DNA of 64,000 bases from positions 1,550,001 to 1,614,000 of the forward strand of contig BQFW01000004.1 of assembly GCA_020891255.1 (NCBI GenBank). The letters run 5' to 3'. The translations under genes were made by a program, and so were the position numbers. This document shows positions 21,261 to 33,100 of this stretch, piece after piece. Source of the stretch: Entomortierella parvispora E1425. Lineage: Eukaryota; Fungi; Mortierellomycota. Each line of letters starts with the position of its first letter. Position 1 is the first letter of the stretch. A model generated the notes under the pieces. The model searched no databases and was not told the DNA's origin. It worked only from the letters and a program-made list of their open reading frames with translations.

Positions 21261-22271
21261 TCGGCTTGTGGATCAGATGGACCCCGACGCATATGAGTAC
21301 ATTCCTTCAACCCGACCGTGGATATTGAACATTGGGTTCTGTCTGGGCGAAGGATTTTTCAGCATGCACGACTATGAATCAAAAACAACTAATCTGGATT
21401 TTCTGAACGAGGAAGGGAGCGAGGGTCTTCAACCGATTGGCCTTTCAAGAGTTCCACTGCGGCGATTGTCTCCTCCAGATTGCCCTCAACAACGACCGAG
21501 GCGTTGAATTCTATCTAGAGTGTATAGAGGATCGCCTTTATGAGATATGCGGACCCGATCATAACAAAGAAAAAGACAGCAAAGTCGACGAAAACGACGA
21601 CGAGACCAATGACGATGGGGAAGGCGAAAACAATACGGACAACAATCCTGGTATAGGCATTGCCCCTCCCCCCCATCGTCTGGTGAAACGCGCGCCCCCA
21701 AAAGGGTATTTCCGTCAGCGCACAAAGCCCTTACCGCGCTTGAAAGCTCAGCCGGGAGACGAAGAGCCCCCAAAGGTAGACTAGGAAGAGGAAAGGATGA
21801 ACTTGGAGAGGATCAAAAACAGATTTAGCCACACACCAGGGACTACTGCTATTCTACCAAGGGATGCACCGGAAACCTACCACCAGTTCTTTCCTAACTT
21901 CTCGTCCTCGTCGTCTTTTACTCCTATACGTCCAAAAGAGGAAGAGCCCACAAGAGTTCTCTCAGATCTCTCGGTATAACTACGTGATCAGGTCAACCCC
22001 ATCCCACTTTAGAGCCTACTTTAACCTCAAGGGTCCCCAGCTTGAGTTCAAGCGCCTGAAAGAGGAATACGAGCAACAGTGGCCCTTCGCGTACCTGTTC
22101 CTGAATAACACCATAGATCCCCCGGAAGATTGGCCTGAATTCAACGAGTCGTTCATGTCTTTCCTGGGTCAGCGGTTCCGCATACCAGGCCCTTGGGAAG
22201 AGCGAACTGAAGACGATGCCCTGGAAGGAGAAGAGGTCCTACGACCCCTGGATGAAAACAACAAGACATAG
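21190..22271 (+). pseudogene. Frameshifted paralog of the N-terminal part of the 8.9-kb Stealth-type gene
   Basis: AFQEFHCGDCLLQIALNNDRGVEF matches AFQEFHCGDCLLQIVLQSDRGVEF, and RVLS(D/Q)..RYNYVI matches RVLSDLYRYNYMI. The homology is split over several frames. There is no start or membrane anchor and no Stealth CR motifs. Confidence 0.6.
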
Positions 22272-22388
22272 GCTAATGCCACAAATTCTAATCGTGACCA
22301 GGATACGCTTTTGTTTGCTTCTTTTGTTGGAAGACATCTATTTTTATTGTGGGGCAATTCTAAGGATTGCAAAATGATCAGATCAGAG

Positions 22389-23795
22389 TCAGCTCAGACT
22401 TGAAGACGGTGGCGGAGATGGCGCTGGAAGGGGTACCGGCGAGGCCAGTGGCATGTTGGTCGGTTCTGAACTGAATGGCAATGAGGTCTGTGAAGGCCCA
22501 TTCTTAGCCGATATCGTGACGGGGGCCAGCGATGTTGGTTGTTCTTGCGCGTTTGGTGTTGGGGCAATTGGCGACCCTGGTGGTGTGAGAGGTGTCGGGT
22601 GTGGTTGAGCTTTTACGACCTCGTCATCAAAGAGACCGATATCCGCCGCCGTGTCGATGGAAGAGCTGGGTCGCAAGAGAACATAATAATCCGGGACCCC
22701 GTCGCCGTCCGAGTCTCTTGGCGAGATGAAATGATCTTCGATGATGACGCCATACTCATCCAGGGCAGGGATCAGTTGCGCCAATTTGCGCTCCTTTGTG
22801 GATTTGAACCGCCCGCGTTGGTTTTTTTCCTGGACTCGTTGTTGGCGCTGCAGTTGACGCTGCTCCCGCTGCTTCTTGGAGAGTTTGCTGTTGCCCTTGG
22901 CCGCCTTTTTGGTGGTGGAGGACATTGTTCTAGACTTTTCGTCTTTTGCGGATTTGACGGATCCTTGAGAGTCCTTTGTCACGTCGAAGGCCACGCTGTT
23001 GTTACCTTTGCTCCTGATCGGCTCATTCGTAGAGAGCTTCTTTTCCTTTGCTCCTCCTTTCTGTTGCTCAGATGGACTGATTCCTGTGTCACTGACGCTC
23101 GGAGCAGGATCTGGAGTTTTGGTTCGATGATGATAGTGTCCCTGAGACTGATCTACTGGTGGTTGTCTTGACACAGAGGGCTCCCGCTGCTGCTGAGTTT
23201 GCCACATTGGTATAGGTGGTGTCGCAGTGTCTATGGGACGATTATCCTGTGGTGATGCTAATGACGTTGAAGGCGGGAGTAGAGGCGGGGGTGGTGCCAG
23301 CGACGAGGACTGTACGTTTACAGAGGCCTTATCTCCTGTCTGATCGCGGTCGCCCTTGGGCAAGAGTACTATCTCTGGACCCCTGTGCTCTTCACTCCCC
23401 TCTGATCGCTTGCGTTCAGGGCGTGTCGCCCTCATAGAGAAATCCCACTGCTCGTCGTTAACGTGATAAGGCTCGACTCCTGCGCCACCCTTCAAGAACC
23501 GAGGGGTGGTGGCCTTCATTTTTGAATCCTTGATCTTCTTTCTTTGACCCTGTGATTGACCTTCTACATCTTGTCCCTGTCGCTGCTGTTGAGGTGAGCG
23601 CTGATAATGTGGCTGTGTCGGCGAGGGGCCAGAGTCCTTCATCCAGAGAATCGCCAGGAACTCGATGATCAGCAGGGCGGCGATCAATGTTGCCCGGTTC
23701 CTGGAGTTGCCGAAGGATAAGTATGGCATCAGAGGAGGGCTACCCAATATCTCAAATGCGAGTTTTGACGTGTGCTGACTGGATGCGAATGACAA
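22389..23795 (-). CDS. Hypothetical membrane-anchored low-complexity protein (468 aa)
   Basis: Long ORF with a hydrophobic N-terminal segment (ATLIAALLIIEFLAILWM), a Q/P/S-rich body and a DSDGDGVPDYY motif. Confidence 0.6.
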   Translation of the reverse strand: MSFASSQHTSKLAFEILGSPPLMPYLSFGNSRNRATLIAALLIIEFLAILWMKDSGPSPTQPHYQRSPQQQRQGQDVEGQSQGQRKKIKDSKMKATTPRFLKGGAGVEPYHVNDEQWDFSMRATRPERKRSEGSEEHRGPEIVLLPKGDRDQTGDKASVNVQSSSLAPPPPLLPPSTSLASPQDNRPIDTATPPIPMWQTQQQREPSVSRQPPVDQSQGHYHHRTKTPDPAPSVSDTGISPSEQQKGGAKEKKLSTNEPIRSKGNNSVAFDVTKDSQGSVKSAKDEKSRTMSSTTKKAAKGNSKLSKKQREQRQLQRQQRVQEKNQRGRFKSTKERKLAQLIPALDEYGVIIEDHFISPRDSDGDGVPDYYVLLRPSSSIDTAADIGLFDDEVVKAQPHPTPLTPPGSPIAPTPNAQEQPTSLAPVTISAKNGPSQTSLPFSSEPTNMPLASPVPLPAPSPPPSSSLS

Positions 23796-24213
23796 AAGTA
23801 AAAGATGGATAGGTTCGGAGAAAGGAAAGAAGAGTAGAAATGGGCAAAGAACGCAACATCACTCGCGTCGATAGTGAACCCCAAAAACAAACATTTCGCG
23901 TGCCTTTGGATGGGAATCTTCCAGGGGAGCGCTCCAAAACAAATAGAAAATTCGCAGCGGCTGTTCTGGGAACCACAACCACCCTTTTCGGGTCTAGTCT
24001 TCTTTTTCTTTTTTTTTTTTTTTTTTGGCCTTGCTATTGAACGGCAACATTTGGCGTGTTTGTTCGGAATGTTTTTAAAAAGTGGTCTATTGTGGCAAGA
24101 CAGCCCGCAGTGGGGCTGAGTATGAAATAACTATGTGAATGACAAGGATGCTGATGGGGATATGCAATGAGAATGTATAGAAAAGAGTGGTGGCCAGTAC
24201 AGGGTGTTTGCTT

Positions 24214-26598
24214 TTAGAGGTTGCGAATCGTGTTGCGACCAGCACTTCTCCTCTCTCTTCTCTCTCCTCCACCACTGCCTCCACTGCTGCCTCTTGACGA
24301 TGATGAACCGCCACGTCCTCCACGACTGCCGCCACGTCCACCACGACCGCCACGTCCACCGCCGATGTTGAAGGTCATCTCCATGCCACCAGCAGTCGAG
24401 CGAGAAATGGTATTGGATGTGCTCCGGTCCTTGGCCACACGGTCCGCAAAAGACCGTTGTGCCTGTGATTTAAGTACTGGAGCTGAGCTGTTGCTGGCAC
24501 GTTGCTATGAGTTATCAGCAATGACAGAATCTGGTTAGTAAAAATGAAGACTAGAGGATCATCTCTTTGCAATCCCAATTCCTTGAATTGCTCCATTCTG
24601 CCTACCTTGAGGGCTTCCATTTTGGGGATACGCTTGCGATCCTTGATTCCAGAACGGATAGAGGTGATCTGATCGCCCTTTTTCTTTCCAGACTTGAAGG
24701 TACTGACACGAATAAGATCTTCGTCCGAGTCCACGTCGCTTCCATCGCTCTGGCTGGCCTCGCTGGCCTCCTCGACTTCGTCGTCGCCAACGATACGGTA
24801 ACTGGGCTTCTTGGTCGACTGCACAGGGTTGATAAGCTTGAACTCGTTGGTGGTCTCGTCGACCTGGAAGTCGGGGTTGGTGAAAAGGTCTGCGAAACGG
24901 TTGTCCTTGAGTGCTCCTGGGGCTGTGGATGCCTCTGAAACGTCCTCTCCTGCAGCTGCGGCCTTGCGACGGGCCTTGGCATCCTCCATCATCATCTTTG
25001 TTGCCAACAACTTGTTGACCTTGGGGAGCTTCATAGTTGCGCGAATACGAGAACCAGACTCCTTGGCCAACTTCTCCTTGGCTTCCTTCTCGCGGTAATC
25101 TGTGTAAGCAAAAGGATTGGCGATCGCCTTTGCCTTCTCGTACAAACGCAAATCGATAAAGAATCCATGCATGTATGGCTTCAACACTGAGCTTCCAACC
25201 AAATGATCCAATCCCAATCTAAATTGTGAAAATAAGAAAAGAAAAAATGTTAGACATTTGGCAAATCCCAAAACAATAAAATCAGCGACAAGATCCTCAA
25301 GATCCTCTGTCCAGACAAGATAACGTACGAAGCAAGCTCCTTGCGACTGACAAACTTGTAGTCGTCGTAGATGTTTTGAACGGGGTTCTCCTCCAGCTCC
25401 TCTGTGAGGTTGTCGAGGAACGAGCACCACTTGGGCGCCGGTCCCAAAGATGGGATATAATAACTCTGCATCTGGATACCCTCGTTCGCGACAAACATCA
25501 ATCCAGAGTTGTCGACCACACAAACATCGTTAATATCGTTGACGGGTTCGATTGAGGTGAAGTTCTGTCCATTCTCGCGATCCCAGATCTTGATAATCTT
25601 GCAATCTGCAGAGACAACCTTGCTTCGGCCATCCTCTCCCTGTGTGCCCTCGTGGAAGGTTAGACTCTTGATAGGGAATCCATACTGGTGATCCTTGACG
25701 TACAGGGGCACGCTGCTTCGAAGATCGTACATCAACACATGTCCGGTCGAGGTTCCGACAGCCATGGTCAATCCATCGTCCCTGAACTTCATGGCCGAGA
25801 TGCTGAGGGAAGAAGACATGACGTTCTCGGGCAAGGAAGGTGCCAAAATACCAACTCTGCCTCTGACACGCAAATCCCAAAACTCGACTGTTCCTGCGTC
25901 CGTTCCACATCCGTACAACAAGTGAGCTGGGTTGATCTCTCCGCAGTTGACACCGCTACCGTCAGTAGGATCCACGTCTGTGACGAGCGAGTTCAAGAAG
26001 CGTCCTTGCTCCAGGTTCACACGGTAAATCTCGTTGGAGGATCCGGTCACGAGAAGATCACAGGAAGGGTAATGGTATGTCAACGAACGTCCAAACTTTG
26101 GGATCCTGGTCTTGAAATGGATTCCACCCTGAGCATGGAACTCAATGCTGCGATCTGCCTGCAAGTGCACAGTCTTTGTCCAGTCGTCTGACAAGATCTG
26201 AAAGTCTACGTTCTCGACGTCGGTATGGCGATCAAACTTCATGGACATCTCCGAGTACTCGTAAACTCTCATCTGGGGCTTGTACACTCCTGTGGCCATA
26301 ACATATTTTCCATCCCGAGTGGTTCTGATCTTGAGAGAAGCTTCTGGGAACTCGAAATCCTGAATCAGCTCAATACGATGTCTCCAGTCTACAGAGAAGA
26401 AAAGACGACATGCGGCGTTAGAGGGACGGATCTTTATCAGCCCTAAACTTCTTCGAAGACGACTGCCTACTAACCCAAATCATTCTTTAGCGTCTTCTTG
26501 TTGCGTCTGGCGAGCCAGTCGGGTATAGAACGTGAGCCCTTGGAGCCAGAGACGGTGTAAATTTTGACATTGTTGGCATTCTGAACTTGCAACGACAT
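24214..26598 (-). CDS. ENP2: Nucleolar 40S biogenesis WD40 protein NOL10/Enp2 (multi-exon)
   Basis: N-terminus MSLQVQNANNVKIYTVSG..SIPDWL, then ATGVYKPQMRVYE, SYYIPSLGPAPKWCSFLDNLTEELEE, the NUC153-like DNRFADLFTNPDFQVDE, and an RGG-rich tail. Confidence 0.92.
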
Positions 26599-27638
26599 GA
26601 TGGCTGCGGTGTCTCGTTTTCAAGGGTGAAGATGCGCTGTGGTTGGGGTTGACAATTGAAGGCAAGATAACAACTAGGGTGGAGATAAGGGAAGGCACTG
26701 GCGCAAAGACAACAAATCGGGATTGTCGATGAGAGGAATTAGTCGAGGCAGAAGTGACAAGGAGGGAGCGATGAAGAGTTTTTTTAATGAATTACACACA
26801 GGGACATGGAAACCAAAAAAAAAAGAAAAAAAATCGTAAACAAAAAACCTACTACACAGTCACTTTTTCACGTGATTGAAAACGCCAATTAGGCGCGCGC
26901 TCAACAGACCCTGGCGGTTACGACATCAATGGATGCAAACTCCTTCATCCTTTCTCCCCTCACCTTCCCTGTCATTACCGCCTTTTTCTCTTTATCCTTC
27001 TTTTTCTTCCACACTCGCACCCTTGAAAACAGAATAAAAGAAAAAAGAGAAAGAAAAAGAAAAATCTGGACCAGCAATCTCTCATTTGACAACTGCTCAA
27101 CTGCACAACTGACAACTGCACATCCCAACGCACCCTTGAAAGAATGATCGCGAACAATCTAAAGACTTTCCATCCGAAAAGACCCCAGAAGCGCACAGCA
27201 AGACAACAGGTGGACATGACTCGCATTGCACCTTCTCGACCAAAGAAGAAATAGGAACCCACCGCCTCATAAATACACACTCTTGTCCCCCCCTTCCCCT
27301 CGCGCCTCTCTGGTCGTCTCCTCCACCTCCCTCTCCTCTCCACAACCTGGGACTAACCTGGACCCTTTTCTTCAGCATTCTTCCGTCGCACCAAAAAGTC
27401 CGCCATTCCCTTTCTGTCCATCTTTGATTTTTTTTTTTTTTTTTTGCTCCTCCAACTGTGCCACTTGTTGCCTTGCCCTCAGATTCCCTGTCGCGTCTTC
27501 TTCTTGGCTCCCAAAACACACCACGCAGGACCTTTTGTTGCTCCCTTCTCTTTCTCCACTCCAGTACACACAATCGCACTGCACCCTGCACACCTCGACT
27601 CCTCGAGTCTCCACCGCGAGGGGTTACAAAACAACACC

Positions 27639-29883
27639 ATGTTCCAGGTCGACAGCTTCATCTCCTTCCATGACCTTTCACCCCACGGCCACTTCCTCTG
27701 GTCATCGTCCTCCATCACCGATATCCTCGGCTATGATCCCGAAGAGGTCTTGGGCTTGCCTGCCTACGAATTTCTTCACCCGGAGGACATCCCGTTGACA
27801 AGAGTGACCCATCACGAAAACATACTCAATGACCTTGTTGCCTCTCAGATTGTCCTTCGGTTCATGACCAAGGAAGGGACGTACGTTACGTGTCTGTGCA
27901 TCTTCAGTCTCTGCTACGACTTTATCCTCAATTGCTGTCAAGTGATTGATCGCGAGGATGGCGCCTGTAAGTAGCGTCTGCGAATGTCGCGCTCTCTTCT
28001 TCTCTCCCTCTCTCTCCCTTTCCCTCTAGCTTCTATCTCCCAGAGGGGTGTGAAACAATCGTTTTCGAGCAGTGAGCCATGCCAGCCAAATTTTATGTCC
28101 CAGCCTCTATCGACCGACCTTTTGCCTGTTTCCCCTTCTTCTTCAGGACCGGAACCGAGACACCAGCTCGGGAAGATCTGCTTGGGAATGGATGCGGCAT
28201 AGACCTGCTGTATGCATTGGTACATTGGACCGGGAGACGAGCTTTGGATGCAAGAAAAGCAAGAAAACATGAGAGAGGGGGGGACTGGAAATCGAGCCAT
28301 GCCTACATTTGGCTTGTCTGCTCGTTTTTTGTACAGTTGCTTTGGAACAACTAGACAACAAACATCATGCTCCCTCCCATTTGACACTGGATTTTTTTTT
28401 TCTCGTTCTGTTTTGTGCTCTACTGGGAAACATGAAATTTTAGACAAACAGATCCGCGCCCATTCAGCAGCCATGACTCGACTGGCGGGATCCAGAAAAG
28501 AGGTAAGGAAAGGGGGTTGGATTACTTTGCCTTGCTTGGAAAATCCTGTCGTTGTTTTGCTGCGGATAGTGGTCAACGGAGCCAAGGCATGGATGGACCT
28601 GTAGGATCTTTCCGGCACCAGTGCTTCCCGGAGTACATCAGGGGGACACGAGTCTGGGTTTGGACGTTCGGATAGAGTTTTTTTACTTCCTTTTTCTTTT
28701 TAGCGGGGAGCCGGGGGAAGCCCATCAAAGCACAGCTCTTTTTTTTTTTGGTTCGTCCTAGCTCATGCATGACCCACTTTTTTAAGGAGAGAGAGAGGGT
28801 GTGTGTGTGTGTGCGAGAGAGGTGGGGGAGACTGAAGGAAGACAACAGGATTTCCAAAAAAAAAAAAAAAAAAAAAAAAAAGGCTCAAAAAAAAAGGGAT
28901 CGACATTTTGGACCAGGAACGCGAGGGCTGTTATTGTGTGTAACCCCAATGAAGTTATCTTTGCACTAAGCAAGCGACCGCACTCTTTTTTTTCTCTTGT
29001 ACAGGAATTTGCACGAATCAAGCGCCATCATGAAGCCTTCCAAGCCAACTCTTGGAACCCCAATTTCCTGGCCCCAGAACTTCGCACTTGTGTGATTCTG
29101 AACCGATTCGCACGGAATCTGGCGGTCATGTATGCCTCGCCTTCGATTGGGCCCCTCCTCAACGTGGACCCCGAAATGATTATGGGCAAACCTTTTTTGC
29201 TTTTTATCCGGGCCGACGACTTGGCCTCGTTTGTGGAACAGGTCGACATGGCCAAATCGTCCAACATGATCATGCACATGCGCTTCTGGTTTCAGTCGCC
29301 CAATAGCCCAGAAGAGATCCCTTGTGAGGCCATGATATTTGGATCCTCGGACGGCATGGTGGCCGTGCTGAGGCGGTGCAAACCCTTCATGCGAAAGAGA
29401 CTCATTCAAGACAGGGGCGCATTTGAATACAGGTCTGTAGGCGAACGACGCCCCCCTCCGAGCTTTGGCATCTCGTCTTCCGCCCCGAATAGTGCATCCA
29501 AAAGGCCCACAGCATTCCGAACGACCGCCAGCAGGACCCCGTACAGCCACTTTCCCGAAGACCGCTTCTCGACCTCTCCCTCCACCACCGCCTCTTCCTC
29601 TTCCTCATCCCCTCCTACACCGTCCCCTCCTACACCGTCTGGGCCAACACGCGCTGCCATGGAAGGAACACGAAAGATGACCTGTCCGTTGACGCAATTA
29701 CCCCAGGGAAGCATCAATTGCATACGGAATTTGGATCAAGAAAAGACCCGGCCCTTGACTTTGGTGTCAGCGTCCGAAGTCGACGAACATGAAATGGCTG
29801 AATCAGAAAACCTACTTCGTCGAATTCACATACAAGAGTTTTCGGGAGAAGACGAAGATTCATCCTCTTCACATGATTTATAA
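27639..29883 (+). CDS. Two-PAS-domain protein with no recognisable output domain; exons 27639-27966, 28444-28502, 29005-29883
   Basis: PAS1 (SSSITDILGYDPEEVLG..AYEFLHPEDI) and PAS2 (YASPSI..LLNVDPE..MGKPFLLFIRADDL). The 59-nt middle exon is needed to reconcile the intron phases. Confidence 0.8.
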
Positions 29884-30196
29884 AAACGGTTGTCGGTCCG
29901 TCCCATTTTCGATCTTGCCCTTCTCTTGCAACGAACAACCTCTAATTAGAAAACTCGACCGTTTGATCAGTGGGAACAACAACTGTTCTGATATGCAATG
30001 TTCAAATCTTTTATATTTTACAATCTATCTGTTTGCTGAATGGGTGGTGGGTAGAGAATGTTGCTACAAGTGTGAGTGTGTGAGTGTGTATGTGTAAGTG
30101 TGTGTGGTTTGGGAGGGATGGGCAGAGAAGAAAAAGAATGCAAAGGAAAAAACAGAAAAAACACGCTACATAAAAACAGAAAATGAAAAAAAGAAT

Positions 30197-33100
30197 CTAC
30201 AGAGGCGACCCTGTCGACAAGAGTCTTTCTCGCTTGGCCTTCTCCTTATCCACATGTCGGAACCAATCCTCTCGCAGTTGGCCTGCAGATTTTGAGCTTG
30301 CCATCGAAGACAACACCCGATCGACCAATAGGTTGCTTTCGTTGTCATGATCGGTTGTCAATGTGGATGAAATCTTTGTATGTCCAGCCAAGACCTTCAG
30401 TGTCTGAAGGTTGGCAGCCATGAGAGGTTTCCTGGATTTTCCTGTCTTCCCAGAGCTTCGAGGGGTTAAAAAGTATCGCTCCACGACCTCCTTGACGTCC
30501 TCATTCGCTTGATGGGATTTCAAACTTTCCAATAGGCAGTTCAGTCCCTGGACCTGGATGGGAACCTGATTCTTCTGCGCCCATTCGAGACAAGTCCTCA
30601 GTTGATTCAACCTGTGCGATTCCTGCTCCTCAGTCAGTAGAGAGTCAACGGAAGACACATCGTCTAAAGGCTCTCCTTCTGTGTCATTCGCTGAGGCTCG
30701 ACGTTGAGTTAGAGGTCGCAGGAAACCATTCTGTGTCAACAGCTGCTGCAGCAACGCTCGGTGTTTGTTACTGGCCTCCAAGTGCTTGTTCACAGTCTTG
30801 GATGGGATCCTTTCCGAAATAGGTCGACCCTGTCTATCCACAAGTTGTTTCTGAGTCTCGCTATTCGTGCCCCGTCGTGAGCTTTGTTGCACTGAACTGA
30901 AATCCCAATCATTCACAATGGGCTTGTCCTCCTTTGACTTTGGACGCCGCAACAGCTGGAAGTCTCGCTCCTTTGGCCCAGAGTGTCTTAGGGCCCTGAC
31001 TGTCTCGTCAAATGCAGACGCCAAAACCTGGCGATCCTTAACCGACTTTGGAGCATCCAATGCCAAGAATTTGCTCTGTGCTTCGAAGCGTTCAGTCATC
31101 TCGATCCACGCCTTCCAGGTCTCCTCGTGCAAGGTTCGGTCGCCAGAGAGTGCCTTGGCTCGCATCACACCGACATTGGCCATTTGGATAGGTCCTTGGA
31201 TCAAGATCCGGTTATTCCGTCGATGGCGTCCAGTTCGTCCAGGATTTGAGCTCTCGAATTCGGTCTGAGAGTACAGGAGTTCGTAGACGCGCTCAGCCGC
31301 TTTCGGGTGTCGCTCCAGTTCCCAAATCAACTTCACAACCTCTTTTCCTCGAGGTCTGGACTGCTTCTGACGGATCAGCAGTTCATAGAGAGCTCTCTCG
31401 GCACCAGAGACTTTGTTATGATCCAACAAGTGCTGGAACAGTTGGTGGTACATCGAGGTGGGGACAGGATTGATATAATCCGGGAGTCGATTCATAGCTG
31501 AGACGGCCTGAAGGACACTAGAGCCCCATCCAGTCGTGCGCTCTCTCCGCATGTCGTTTAGAATCTCGATTGCAGACGCCTCATCTCCCTTCGACAGGTG
31601 GTACTCGAACAGCAGGATCCAGGTCTTCTGGGTCGGGGTATACAGATAGGAATCATTCCTCATTAAGTCCATGGCCGCTTTTGCCTCTCGGACTTTGCCT
31701 TGAGATAAAAATCCCTGGATCAAGTACTCGTATGAGCGAGACGTGGGTCGGAAACCCTCCCTGGAGATGAGCTGCATCACATGCAGCGCCTTATACATCC
31801 ATTCACGGGCAAGAGAATCCGAGTACGCCTGTGCACTGATCGAATACTCCACACAAGTCTTCATAAAGATATCCAGCATACGCGGAGGTACTTCGAATCC
31901 GTGTCTCCTGTATTCGCCCAACCAAAAGTGTGCCTTGTTGACCTTGAGATCTTGAAGGGAGAGTTGCATTAGGATTCGGAAAGTTTGTTGATCTGCCTGG
32001 ACCCCACGAAGCTCCATCTCCTTCAAGATATTCTCTGCATGACGAGAACCTCTTCCAGTACCAACTGCCTTCAAGAGAACATTGTATGTGGAGGCTGTTG
32101 GACTTGGTCCGTGCTTCCAAAGGTGATTCAAGGTCTTCTGGATCCACAGGACTGATTCGGGCTTGGTGGAGAGCTGATGAAGGTAGCTTGCGTATATCTC
32201 GACGGGAATTGGACTTGGATAGCGTTTTGTAAGGACCTGGAACATCTTAAGCGCGGTATCGGGGCGATTTGAGTTTGCGTAGTGCGTTGACATCATATGA
32301 ATTGTTGCTGCATTAGGAGCCGCCATGCTGTGGTCGCCATAATCAAAACCAGGCGACTGGTAACGAGTCATGAGGAGGTTGGTGATGCGGAGGCCATTGG
32401 TCCAGTCCTTGATATCAGCACAGTGGGATAGAATCGCGTTGCACTCTGCTACTGTGAATTGAACTGCTGGACTGGATGTGGGCTCCTTCTTAGAGGCGGT
32501 ATAACATGCCTCGTTCATCTCGATCAGCTTTGTACACTGGCGACCGCGTGGTAAGGTTGCTCCGCATCGCTTGACCCTGAGAAGTAACTTTGCAGTCCTG
32601 ATAGCCTTTTCAGAGAGACCTTGTTCAATGGCTCGATTCAGATATAGCAGCAGCCTCCCGTTTGTAACCTGGAATCGAGGTGTCCCGATAGCGTTCCGGT
32701 TACGATGTGTCTGGTTGATCTTGCTGAGCTTTGCAGATCGCTGCCAATGAAGAGCTTTCCGACCCCTCTCTGAGGTTAATCTGTTGCGTTGTAAAAAATG
32801 CTGAAACCCAAGGAAACGGATCCGACTTTTGTGCTGCTTTTTGTAGTGGTAGTGCACATGATGGTATCGCGGATACAGTCGCCCATAAGCGTCCATGGTG
32901 TAAGCATAATCGCGTCCTGCTTTGAACTGCTCGACCCGTCGCTTTTGCTGCAAAATTGTCCTTGTGCGTGTCTTGCTCTGGACGGTACTCAGAGCTGACA
33001 ACTGCGCTGAATGTCTAGGGGTCGCTTGCTTCATCCTTTTGACGTCTTTCAATAACCTGACTCGGTGCATTGCAGCCAACTTTCTCCTGTGACTTCCCAA

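Noticed and set aside
27639-29883. White-collar/LOV photoreceptor
   Set aside because: There is no GxNCRFLQ motif and no zinc finger.
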